DNA of 64,000 bases from a virus. Taxonomy: Duplodnaviria > Caudoviricetes. The translations under genes and the position numbers were made by a program. Location: the IMG/VR virus record IMGVR_UViG_3300027754_000035; one strand, 5' to 3'. The notes below the pieces were generated by a model, which saw only the letters and a list, made by a program, of their open reading frames with translations, searched no databases and was not told the DNA's origin. Below, one piece after another: positions 8,478-15,799 of the stretch; position 1 is the stretch's first letter, and each line of letters starts with the position of its first letter.

Positions 8478-9992
8478 ATGAATTCTACACAATTACATAA
8501 GATAGTAAAAAAACTACAAGATCAAATCTTGACTGAAAGTCACGATCTTGTTTTGCAACAAGCTGGCGCAGCTTTGAATAAAGCTCATACTGCTGAAGAT
8601 TTTATGAGAGGGTTTGTTGGAAAGAGGCTGAAAGATTTGTTGGATGCTGGAAGCTTTGCCAATTTGTATGTGATGAACAAGTATGGTATTGGTAGTGAAT
8701 ATGATGAGCAAGATGATAAGGTATTGTTGAATAAATTATGGCAAGCTGCTACTGGATTTATCAACAATCGTGTTTTGGAACCAATCAGCAAGCAACGCAA
8801 GGTTTGGGATGCTGAAAACTATGCAAAGCCAGAATATATAGATTGGAAAAAGCAACGTGCTTTGGTTGGTAAGGCATATAGAGATGCTAGAGACAGTGGA
8901 AGTGCGGATGCTGATGAATTGAAAAAACAATATTTCAAATTAATCTCGGAAGATCCTACACTGGGTGATTACAGAAACATGATGGATGATATGAAAATAG
9001 TGGTTCAGCAATTTCATAATAAACGATTAACGTTGAAAGATGTATTACCAGCGTCGGAGGATACTGAGCAAGACAAAAAGAATTGGGCGTCTGTCGAAAA
9101 ATTATATTCAGATTTTCGTAAAAATACAATTAAAGAACAATCATCTATGCCTACAAATTATCCTGCTGTTAAAGTATTTGTGTCTACTGTTGGTGGAATT
9201 CGTATATTGATGTGGAAGCAACAAAACTTTGACCGAGAAGTTGGTAGCGATGCTAATGTAAAAACATATGGTAATTTTGCAAGCTTGATTCGCAATCTTG
9301 GTGTTGATCCCAGCAAATTAATGACATCGGATCGTGATGCTGTGCAAGTATTAAAGTTTTTAAGTTCCAGTGAAATTCGTCAACTCACCAACAAAGAAAG
9401 TGTGATCACCACAAGCATACCACCAGAAATTATGGATAAATTCAGTACCGATAAAAATTTACAAGAAACCAATTCTATGACCAAAAACCAAAAATTCAAA
9501 AAACTCATTCGCTCAATTATTGCCGAAGAGTTCAAAGGAAACCCCAATGATGCAGCTGAAGTAGAAAGCGACAAACTTACTGCGCATTTAAGTGAAGATT
9601 CTGTTGCTGATGATATCAAGGATTTGGAGGCATTGTTGGCAAATCCAGATGCATCCAGAGCAAAAGATTATGGCAGCATTGAAAACTATAAGAAAATGTT
9701 GCGCAGCAAGATTGCACGTTTGAAGGGTGATGAAACTGGTATGGGCCCGGAATATCGTGTACGCAGTGATGAACCAGCACCATTTGGATATGGTCTTGAT
9801 GAAAAAGGTGATGTCAAGAAGGTGAGTGCCAAGGCGTTGGATCAAACCAAGGATGGTACAATCGATACTGGAGATGCTGTGGTTGCATCAAGAAAAGAAA
9901 AGATTGCATTGAGCACGGGCAACAAAGCAGATGCTGCATTTTACAAAAAGATCAAAGCTATTGTAAATAAACACAAAGGTCGTAAAGTATAA
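8478..9992 (+). CDS. hypothetical late protein (possible internal head protein)
   Basis: 504 aa; preceded by TATTTATA; L/I-x-E motifs (ILTES, HLSED). Confidence 0.75.
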   Translation: MNSTQLHKIVKKLQDQILTESHDLVLQQAGAALNKAHTAEDFMRGFVGKRLKDLLDAGSFANLYVMNKYGIGSEYDEQDDKVLLNKLWQAATGFINNRVLEPISKQRKVWDAENYAKPEYIDWKKQRALVGKAYRDARDSGSADADELKKQYFKLISEDPTLGDYRNMMDDMKIVVQQFHNKRLTLKDVLPASEDTEQDKKNWASVEKLYSDFRKNTIKEQSSMPTNYPAVKVFVSTVGGIRILMWKQQNFDREVGSDANVKTYGNFASLIRNLGVDPSKLMTSDRDAVQVLKFLSSSEIRQLTNKESVITTSIPPEIMDKFSTDKNLQETNSMTKNQKFKKLIRSIIAEEFKGNPNDAAEVESDKLTAHLSEDSVADDIKDLEALLANPDASRAKDYGSIENYKKMLRSKIARLKGDETGMGPEYRVRSDEPAPFGYGLDEKGDVKKVSAKALDQTKDGTIDTGDAVVASRKEKIALSTGNKADAAFYKKIKAIVNKHKGRKV

Positions 9993-9995
9993 CAT

Positions 9996-11240
9996 ATGAA
10001 GATGTCTCGTATCGAACTAAAACAAATTATCAAAGAAGTTGTAGACTCAGTATGCAACGAGGTTCTGAGTGAAGACTATTTTGCCAGAGTAAAAGCCACG
10101 CCACTTGATAAATTTGTGGCTCAAGAGTTAAGCGAGGCTGATATGCTTGGTGCCACAACAAAGGCAATGACTCCAGATGAAATGCAGGCATATTTGCAAA
10201 AGGTTCGTGGTGAGCCTGTTGTGAATAAAAAAACAGGGTTACCTAAGTTAGATAAAAATGGTAATCCTGTATATGTGTCCACGGCTGACAAGGTGGATAA
10301 ATATAAAATGCCGTATGTTCACCGAGGCAATATTAAAATCAAGGATGAAAGTGACCGCACGTTTGATTTGGATAAACTAAAGGCAGCAATCACACAACGT
10401 CCAGACAAGATTCTGAAGCAGAACGAAAAGATCACGCACAGTGGTGGCGGCAGCACAATGTATTACAACATTGGTTTACCGGCACTGAAAGGCTTGGCGG
10501 TCAATGAAAAGACTGGAGAATTTGTGGTGGTGGATACATGTCCTGGTGCTGGTGCTTGCAAAGTATATTGTTATGCCAAAAAAGGTGGATATGTTCAATG
10601 GAAGGCAAGTTCGTTGTCACAAACACGATTGTTGAACTTTTTGTTGAATGACCCACAAGGATTCAAAGCCAAATTGGAGAGTGAGTTGTCCGCAGCAAAA
10701 AGCAAGTTTGGTAAGAAAGGAACAAAAGTTGTGGTACGCTGGCATGATGCTGGTGACTTCTTTAGTCCAGAGTATGTGGATTTAGCATACAGTGTAGCCA
10801 AAGACTTTCCAGATGTTGATTTTTATGCTTATACCAAGATGGCCGGTGTGGCATTGGGCAACAAACCAAACAACTTCAAGATGAATTTCAGCATGGGTGC
10901 CACCCCAGATCAAGAAAAACAAATTAATTTCAGTAGCACCAAACATTCAACTGTTGTACCAAAACCAATGTTTACCGATTTGATCCTCAAGGATGCGGAT
11001 GGTAAATTGGTAAAGGTTGATGGTAAGATGCAATTCAAATCACCAGATGCAGTGGAAACATTGAAGCAGAAGTTGGCGGCGAAGTATGGTGTGAACAAAG
11101 ATAGTGTGATCACTTACGACGAAATGATGAAGATTCCAGTTGGTGACAAGCCTAAATGGAATGTGATCATCAAGCCTGGTGATGGTGATGATGCCGCAAA
11201 TCGAGCAGACGTGATTGGGTCGTGGTTATTGATTCACTGA
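9996..11240 (+). CDS. phage GP88-like (radical-SAM-related) protein
   Basis: DTCPGAGACKVYCYAKKG Cys triad, VRWHDAGDFFS, FYAYTK. Confidence 0.8.
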   Translation: MKMSRIELKQIIKEVVDSVCNEVLSEDYFARVKATPLDKFVAQELSEADMLGATTKAMTPDEMQAYLQKVRGEPVVNKKTGLPKLDKNGNPVYVSTADKVDKYKMPYVHRGNIKIKDESDRTFDLDKLKAAITQRPDKILKQNEKITHSGGGSTMYYNIGLPALKGLAVNEKTGEFVVVDTCPGAGACKVYCYAKKGGYVQWKASSLSQTRLLNFLLNDPQGFKAKLESELSAAKSKFGKKGTKVVVRWHDAGDFFSPEYVDLAYSVAKDFPDVDFYAYTKMAGVALGNKPNNFKMNFSMGATPDQEKQINFSSTKHSTVVPKPMFTDLILKDADGKLVKVDGKMQFKSPDAVETLKQKLAAKYGVNKDSVITYDEMMKIPVGDKPKWNVIIKPGDGDDAANRADVIGSWLLIH

Positions 11241-11294
11241 AAAAAACTTAAAAAAGATTTGATGTTTTTCAATTTCCAAGATAGTTATTCGTAT

Positions 11295-11372
11295 ATGACA
11301 CCAGTTTGTGTACAACATATTAAGCGTGAATGGTATAATACAACCTTTGATAAAAGAAAGGTTGGCGGCTGA
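11295..11372 (+). CDS. leader peptide 1 (MTPVCVQHIKREWYNTTFDKRKVGG)
   Basis: 25-codon ORF whose 3' end overlaps the antiterminator segment; codons match array-1 tRNAs. Confidence 0.8.
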   Translation: MTPVCVQHIKREWYNTTFDKRKVGG

Positions 11373-11440
11373 TATTTTGTATACATAACTAATAAAAAAA
11401 CAATATCAACCGTCACCCAGAAATGAGTGACGGTTTTTTG
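11341..11440 (+). promoter_or_regulatory. transcription attenuator upstream of tRNA array 1
   Basis: 1:2 hairpin caaccttt/aaaggttg (11341-64); 2:3 antiterminator 11360-75 with 11403-18 (14/16 pairs); 3:4 terminator aaccgtcac/gtgacggtt plus U-tract. Confidence 0.8.
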
Positions 11441-11469
11441 TTTGAAAATGTTGGTAAAAAAATGATGTT

Positions 11470-11580
11470 GACAGTTACAGAAAGGGTGCTAAAGTAATAA
11501 CAGTTGCGAGACAAAGCGCAGCAAAGAAAAACGAAAAGAAAAAAAAGACAGTTGACAGCGATAAAAAGTGTGATAGACTG
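11470..11580 (+). promoter_or_regulatory. tandem sigma70 promoters ahead of array 1
   Basis: TTGACA-16-TAAAGT near 11470 and TTGACA-16-TAGACT near 11553. Confidence 0.6.
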
Positions 11581-11602
11581 TTAGAACAATTTAAGAAACG
11601 AA

Positions 11603-11735
11603 GGCTTGAAACTCCATCTGTTGAGCCTCCGCCAGTGAGTTGGGAAACCAACAATAAGGTAAAGTCTGGAAAAATCAATTGATTGGTCAACGGGTGTTAT
11701 GCTGCAATACAGAACCCGTATGGCGATGAAATTGC
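11603..11735 (+). ncRNA. putative structured ncRNA, copy 1 (homolog at 24875-24975)
   Basis: Shares an identical 26-mer (gggtgttatgctgcaatacagaaccc) and a conserved-loop hairpin with copy 2. Confidence 0.65.
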
Positions 11736-11770
11736 GATTAAGATCGTTATTTTCTTTATATGTATATGAT

Positions 11771-12379
11771 ATGGGTATACTACATGAATTAGGAACAAAA
11801 TATAATACGGATAAAGCTTGGTGTCACAGATACATGGATTTTTACGAACAATTTTTTGCGCCGATTAAAAATGATGTTAAAAAAATTATTGAAATCGGTG
11901 TACAATGTGGCGGAAGCATACAAACATGGTTAGAATATTTTCCAAATGCAACCGTGTATGGAATTGATTGTGCGCCTCGACCAGAAGTTTTGCAACATGA
12001 ACGTTTTGTTTTCATTACAAAAGACGCTTTGAAAGAAGACGTTTATGGTATGTTTTCTGATGGAGACATTGATATCGTAATTGACGATGGTAGTCATTAC
12101 ATGTCGCAGCAACAAGATGCAATAAAATATTATTGGTCAAAAATAAAACCCAATGGTTATTTTGTAATGGAAGATTTACACACATCATTTGCGGGTGAAT
12201 CACACAATCCACAATATATTGATAGATTACCAACAACATACGATTTTCTCGCAAACAATCTTGATTCGCAAGATGTCGAATTGAACGCAATTCGAAAACA
12301 ATTTTATGAACGACACCACTACAACCGTGATGGTGGATTGCATATCAATGCAAGTCTTACGTGTGTGATCAAAAAGTAA
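11771..12379 (+). CDS. class I SAM-dependent methyltransferase
   Basis: LGTKYNTDK.W.H.Y..FY, IIEIGVQCGGS..TW..YFPNA.VYGID, IVIDDGSH, YFVMEDL. Confidence 0.88.
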   Translation: MGILHELGTKYNTDKAWCHRYMDFYEQFFAPIKNDVKKIIEIGVQCGGSIQTWLEYFPNATVYGIDCAPRPEVLQHERFVFITKDALKEDVYGMFSDGDIDIVIDDGSHYMSQQQDAIKYYWSKIKPNGYFVMEDLHTSFAGESHNPQYIDRLPTTYDFLANNLDSQDVELNAIRKQFYERHHYNRDGGLHINASLTCVIKK

Positions 12380-12390
12380 TATATAATTTT

Positions 12391-12466
12391 GCCACCTTAG
12401 CTCAGTTGGTAGAGCATCAGTTTTGTAAACTGAGGGTCGTCGGTTCAACCCCGACAGGTGGCTCCA
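12391..12466 (+). tRNA. tRNA-Thr(UGU)
   Basis: Full cloverleaf, loop TT-TGT-AA, CCA end. Confidence 0.95.
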
Positions 12467-12474
12467 GTTTTAAT

Positions 12475-12550
12475 GTTGGATATCCTCTATGTAGTAAGAG
12501 CATTGCCTGTGAAGCAATCAAAGGGAGTGCAAATCTCCTTATCCACCCCA
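12475..12550 (+). tRNA. tRNA-His(GUG)
   Basis: ATTGC CT-GTG-AA GCAAT; C73; T-loop TGCAAAT. Confidence 0.85.
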
Positions 12551-12558
12551 AATTTAAT

Positions 12559-12637
12559 GGCCTTATCGTCTACGAATGAAATAGGATTCTGGATTCTCAA
12601 TCCGGAGAACTCGGTTCAACTCCGAGTGAGGCTACCA
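12559..12637 (+). tRNA. tRNA-Glu(CUC)
   Basis: CTGGA TT-CTC-AA TCCGG; GGCCTTA/TGAGGCT acceptor; CCA. Confidence 0.85.
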
Positions 12638-12646
12638 ATTTACAAT

Positions 12647-12721
12647 GGTCTATTCGAACATCAGCTAGTTCGCTAGTTTTTCAAACTGGAAAAGTGGGGG
12701 CAGCACCCACATAGACTACCA
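12647..12721 (+). tRNA. tRNA-Glu(UUC)
   Basis: CTAGT TT-TTC-AA ACTGG; atypical T-loop GGCAGCA; CCA. Confidence 0.85.
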
Positions 12722-12726
12722 TTTAC

Positions 12727-12802
12727 GGTCCGGTGGTGAAACTGAATATCACACAACATTACGAACGTTGAATTTAGGGTTTAACTCCCTACTGGACCAC
12801 CA
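12727..12802 (+). tRNA. tRNA-Arg(ACG)
   Basis: CAACA TT-ACG-AA CGTTG; GGTCCGG/CTGGACC; CCA. Confidence 0.85.
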
Positions 12803-12901
12803 ATTTAGTTGTCAGATGCAAAATTCTGAGTTCCGTTATATTCAACTACCGAGAACAGGCATCAGGAGCGATCATGCTCTGCCAACTAATTAATTTATGA
12901 T

Positions 12902-12977
12902 ATCCGCCCATGTTCCAAGGCAGGCGACAGAGACTCCAAATCTCAGTGGGAAAGTTCGATTCTTTCGGCGGATGCCA
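12902..12977 (+). tRNA. tRNA-Trp(CCA)
   Basis: GAGA CT-CCA-AA TCTC; ATCCGCC/GGCGGAT; G73 CCA. Confidence 0.85.
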
Positions 12978-12988
12978 ATTTAACAAAT

Positions 12989-13064
12989 GCACATGTAACT
13001 CAGTTGGTAGAGTGCGAGTTTTCCAAACTTGCTGTCGTGAGTTCGAATCTCACCATGTGCTCCA
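12989..13064 (+). tRNA. tRNA-Gly(UCC)
   Basis: Canonical cloverleaf, TT-TCC-AA, U73 CCA. Confidence 0.95.
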
Positions 13065-13190
13065 ATTTCCACTAATATAAATGAGATAAATAAAAAACGG
13101 CATGGTCTCATGTAATGGGTTCGATTCCCAACCCGCTGATGAAAATCAGAAGTGTAAGCCTGTATTATGTGAAGTGGAATCAATTTTTAT

Positions 13191-13267
13191 GGGATTGTAA
13201 GAGAATGGCTTCATCGCTTATCCTGTCACGATAAGAAAGTCGGGTTCAAATCCCACCAGTCCCGCCA
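13191..13267 (+). tRNA. tRNA-Asp(GUC)
   Basis: TTATC CT-GTC-AC GATAA; G73 CCA. Confidence 0.85.
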
Positions 13268-13558
13268 TTTTTCAAATACATTAGGTGAAGGCAACGAACG
13301 TAGTTTAATTGGTAAAACAACCGCACGAATAAGCGGTGATCATTCAGTTCGAGTCTGAATCAACAGTTGAAGTAGTAAGTAATGTATTGACACTGATAGA
13401 CATTGAATGTTATAATCTGACGAGATTATGATTAGTAAGTGGAACAACGTGAAATCCAGTAAACACTTTTGAAAGAGAGTCGGTTGAAGTCCGAACGGAA
13501 GTGCAACGCACCCTAAGTAGTGGTAAGAGAATCCACGCTTTCAAATCAATTTTTTAAT

Positions 13559-13632
13559 TCCCGAGTAGTGTCAAAGTAGCACGGAACGCTGTTAACGTTC
13601 TTGTGAGGGTGCGAGTCCTTCCTTGGGAGCCA
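13559..13632 (+). tRNA. tRNA-Asn(GUU)
   Basis: GAACG CT-GTT-AA CGTTC; G73 CCA. Confidence 0.9.
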
Positions 13633-13640
13633 ATTTCAAT

Positions 13641-13715
13641 TCCTATCTAGCACAACGGTAGTGCGTCAAACTGTTAATTTGATGGTTCTTGGTTCAAATC
13701 CAAGGGTAGGAGCCA
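13641..13715 (+). tRNA. tRNA-Asn(GUU)
   Basis: TCAAA CT-GTT-AA TTTGA; G73 CCA. Confidence 0.93.
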
Positions 13716-13724
13716 ATTTTTAAT

Positions 13725-13813
13725 GGTAGTGTATCCAAACTGGTGAAGGAGATCGACTGTAAATCGATTGCCATGTGCTAAACTTGTAGGTTCAAATCCT
13801 ATCGCTACCACCA
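13725..13813 (+). tRNA. tRNA-Tyr(GUA)
   Basis: ATCGA CT-GTA-AA TCGAT; long variable arm; CCA. Confidence 0.9.
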
Positions 13814-13894
13814 AATTTCGTGTAATAACGAACAGATAGGTTAAACCGCTAAACTTCTAGAAAGCTAAAGTTTTATCTATCTGACAATTTTAAT

Positions 13895-13979
13895 GGGAGT
13901 ATCGCATAGCGGCAATTGCAAGACGCTGTAAACGTCTCGGTTCACGCCTTCGTAGGTTCGAGTCCTACTGCTCCCACCA
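13895..13979 (+). tRNA. tRNA-Tyr(GUA)
   Basis: AGACG CT-GTA-AA CGTCT; long variable arm; CCA. Confidence 0.93.
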
Positions 13980-13985
13980 TTTTAA

Positions 13986-14093
13986 TCTGTGTGTAGTTCA
14001 GTAGTAGATCAAAGCACTGCTATGATGGTAAATGACACCGCAAAAGGGCAGAAGAAGCTTAGGCCGTTGGTGCAAATCCAACCACACAGATCA
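13986..14093 (+). ncRNA. tRNA-like RNA with expanded anticodon arm
   Basis: TCTGTGTG/CACACAGA acceptor, D-arm and T-arm GTTGG-TGCAAAT-CCAAC are intact; the central arm is about 45 nt. Confidence 0.6.
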
Positions 14094-14205
14094 ATTTATA
14101 CATTTGGAAATAATATGCAACAAAATATATTGAAAAGGTTGCATGGTGTAAGGTAACATACTCAATCCTATTGTTTGAGAGATTATTAACCACATAATGT
14201 AGTTT

Positions 14206-14277
14206 TTGACAGATGACGTGGTAAAGACCCCGATTCATCATCGGGGTCGGAAAGGTTCAACTCCTTTAATCTGTCAA
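14206..14277 (+). ncRNA. minimal tRNA-like RNA (reduced D-arm)
   Basis: TTGACAGAT/ATCTGTCAA closing stem, GACCCCGA/TCGGGGTC arm, T-arm AAAGG-TTCAACT-CCTTT; no CCA. Confidence 0.5.
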
Positions 14278-14289
14278 TTTATTTTTAAT

Positions 14290-14365
14290 CCGGATTAAGC
14301 TAACTTAGTAGAAGCGTCTGTTTGAAGAGCAGAATGAGTCAGAGCGTAACTGACAATCCGGGCCA
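14290..14365 (+). tRNA. tRNA-Phe(GAA), atypical
   Basis: CCGGATT/AATCCGG acceptor, TCTGT TT-GAA-GA GCAGA, T-loop AGCGTAA, G73 CCA. Confidence 0.65.
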
Positions 14366-14470
14366 ATTTTAGTAGTAATCGCACTTGGTATCGCCCAAGT
14401 TTAACATGGATGAATCGGAGTATATCTATGGATCTGTGGTGTCACGGAGCGGTGAATGATTTAGAAACAT

Positions 14471-14872
14471 ATGATTATAAATACAGTTCCAACGGTACCA
14501 AAACTTATTGCCGCAATAGCAAATTGTTTGCATCCAAAATTGTTGAAACCCGAGTATCGGCAAACAAATGCAAATAATCCTATGTATGGACATTGTTATG
14601 TTGCTACCGAGGCGTTGTATTGTTTGATGAATAAATTTTCATTGACTGATACGTTCAAGCCATTTCAAGCAAAAGATGAAAACAACGTGAGTCATTGGTG
14701 GTTGCAAAGTCAAGACGGAGTGATCATTGACATAACAGCATCGCAATATACGAGTGTTGGTAAAACGCCGCCATACAGCAATGGCAAGTCAAGATCTTTC
14801 ATGTATCCGTCACCATCAAAAAGAAGCAGAAACGTGATGGAAGCGGTTCTGAAAAAAGTTGTTGACCTATGA
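14471..14872 (+). CDS. hypothetical protein with possible Cys-His-Asp (papain/transglutaminase-like) triad
   Basis: GHCYVATEA...SHWWL...IIDITASQY. Confidence 0.75.
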   Translation: MIINTVPTVPKLIAAIANCLHPKLLKPEYRQTNANNPMYGHCYVATEALYCLMNKFSLTDTFKPFQAKDENNVSHWWLQSQDGVIIDITASQYTSVGKTPPYSNGKSRSFMYPSPSKRSRNVMEAVLKKVVDL

Positions 14873-14928
14873 CGAATGTGTGGTAAGATGTTTATAGTTC
14901 GTTGACAACAGCAGATACAATTTTTAAT

Positions 14929-15006
14929 GGATGTGTAACTCAACTGGATTAGAGTATTCGGTTCTTACCCGAAAGGTTGTGGGTTCAAATCCCACCACAT
15001 CCACCA
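14929..15006 (+). tRNA. tRNA-Lys(CUU)
   Basis: TTCGG TT-CTT-AC CCGAA; CCA. Confidence 0.92.
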
Positions 15007-15013
15007 ATTTAAT

Positions 15014-15089
15014 GGGTAACTGACCCCATAAGTGACTGCCGACCGGTACATTCGGTAAAACACAGTGACAGCTTGGAAAGACAGCACCA
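15014..15089 (+). ncRNA. CCA-terminated non-cloverleaf RNA
   Basis: Has tRNA-style spacers and ends GCACCA, but lacks a canonical T/D arm. Confidence 0.45.
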
Positions 15090-15096
15090 ATTTAAT

Positions 15097-15171
15097 GGGA
15101 TTCAAGCTTTAATGGTGAAGCAACTGGCTTTTAACCAGTGGAACACGGATCGTTACCGTGGAGTCCTACCA
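15097..15171 (+). tRNA. tRNA-Lys(UUU)
   Basis: ACTGG CT-TTT-AA CCAGT; T-loop ATCGTTA; CCA. Confidence 0.85.
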
Positions 15172-15362
15172 ATTTAGTTATTTGACAAAGCTAGTCAAGA
15201 AGGTTTGTATTGGGTCGCCCCTGATACTTTTTCCTTGAAGATAGATACGAATGTAGTTTAAGAGAAGAACGCCCGCCGTAGAAAGCGGGAGATTTAAGGT
15301 GCGACTCCTTAACGAATGTAGAACACATTTTATCGTGAAATCCTTTCAAAAATCCAATTTAT

Positions 15363-15441
15363 GGGGGTATGGTGTAACTGGTTAACATCGCACACTGTCA
15401 CTGTGCAGACTTGCTCGGTTCAAATCCGGCTACCCTCGCCA
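15363..15441 (+). tRNA. tRNA-Asp(GUC)
   Basis: GCACA CT-GTC-AC TGTGC; G73 CCA. Confidence 0.88.
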
Positions 15442-15448
15442 TTTCAAT

Positions 15449-15522
15449 TGTCTCTTAGCTTAAGAGTAAAGCCCACAACTGATAATTGTGTGACGACGGA
15501 GCGTTACCGTCAGAGACAACCA
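15449..15522 (+). tRNA. tRNA-Ile(GAU)
   Basis: CACAA CT-GAT-AA TTGTG; T-loop AGCGTTA; CCA. Confidence 0.85.
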
Positions 15523-15718
15523 ATTTTTTGAGATAGCTGATAAGGTCTGAAAAACATGATAAGTAAGACACAAACTGAATAGTAACAAAGATCATCTTTA
15601 GATTTACAAAGGCTTAGTAAATCGATATTATGTGAGTGAAATTTGAGGAAAGCAACTAAGCAACAAGTTTCTGATTACATAGGATCTGTGTATGAAGGAT
15701 TTTTCAAAATATTTTAAT

Positions 15719-15795
15719 GCATCCGTAGCTCAAATGGATAGAGCTTCCGGTTTCTACCCGGACGGCTGTAGGTTCAATTCCTACCGGATGCACCA
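15719..15795 (+). tRNA. tRNA-Arg(UCU)
   Basis: TCCGG TT-TCT-AC CCGGA; CCA. Confidence 0.95.
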
Positions 15796-15799
15796 TTTT

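Noticed and set aside
11692-11717. RNase P RNA (ACAGAACCC resembles the conserved 3' segment)
   Set aside because: The other universally conserved elements (GAGGAAAGUCC, correct P4 partner) are missing; kept as an unknown ncRNA.
11699-11770. Extended N-terminus of the methyltransferase in the track
   Set aside because: It overlaps the repeated ncRNA; the family-typical start is ATG 11771. Similar upstream extensions were trimmed for 16961, 18329, 25227, 28669, 37038, 38780 and 59770.
13275-13388. YrlA/Y RNA assignment
   Set aside because: YrlA keeps a looped acceptor stem and lacks the anticodon arm, the opposite of this element; no Ro60 gene is in the window.
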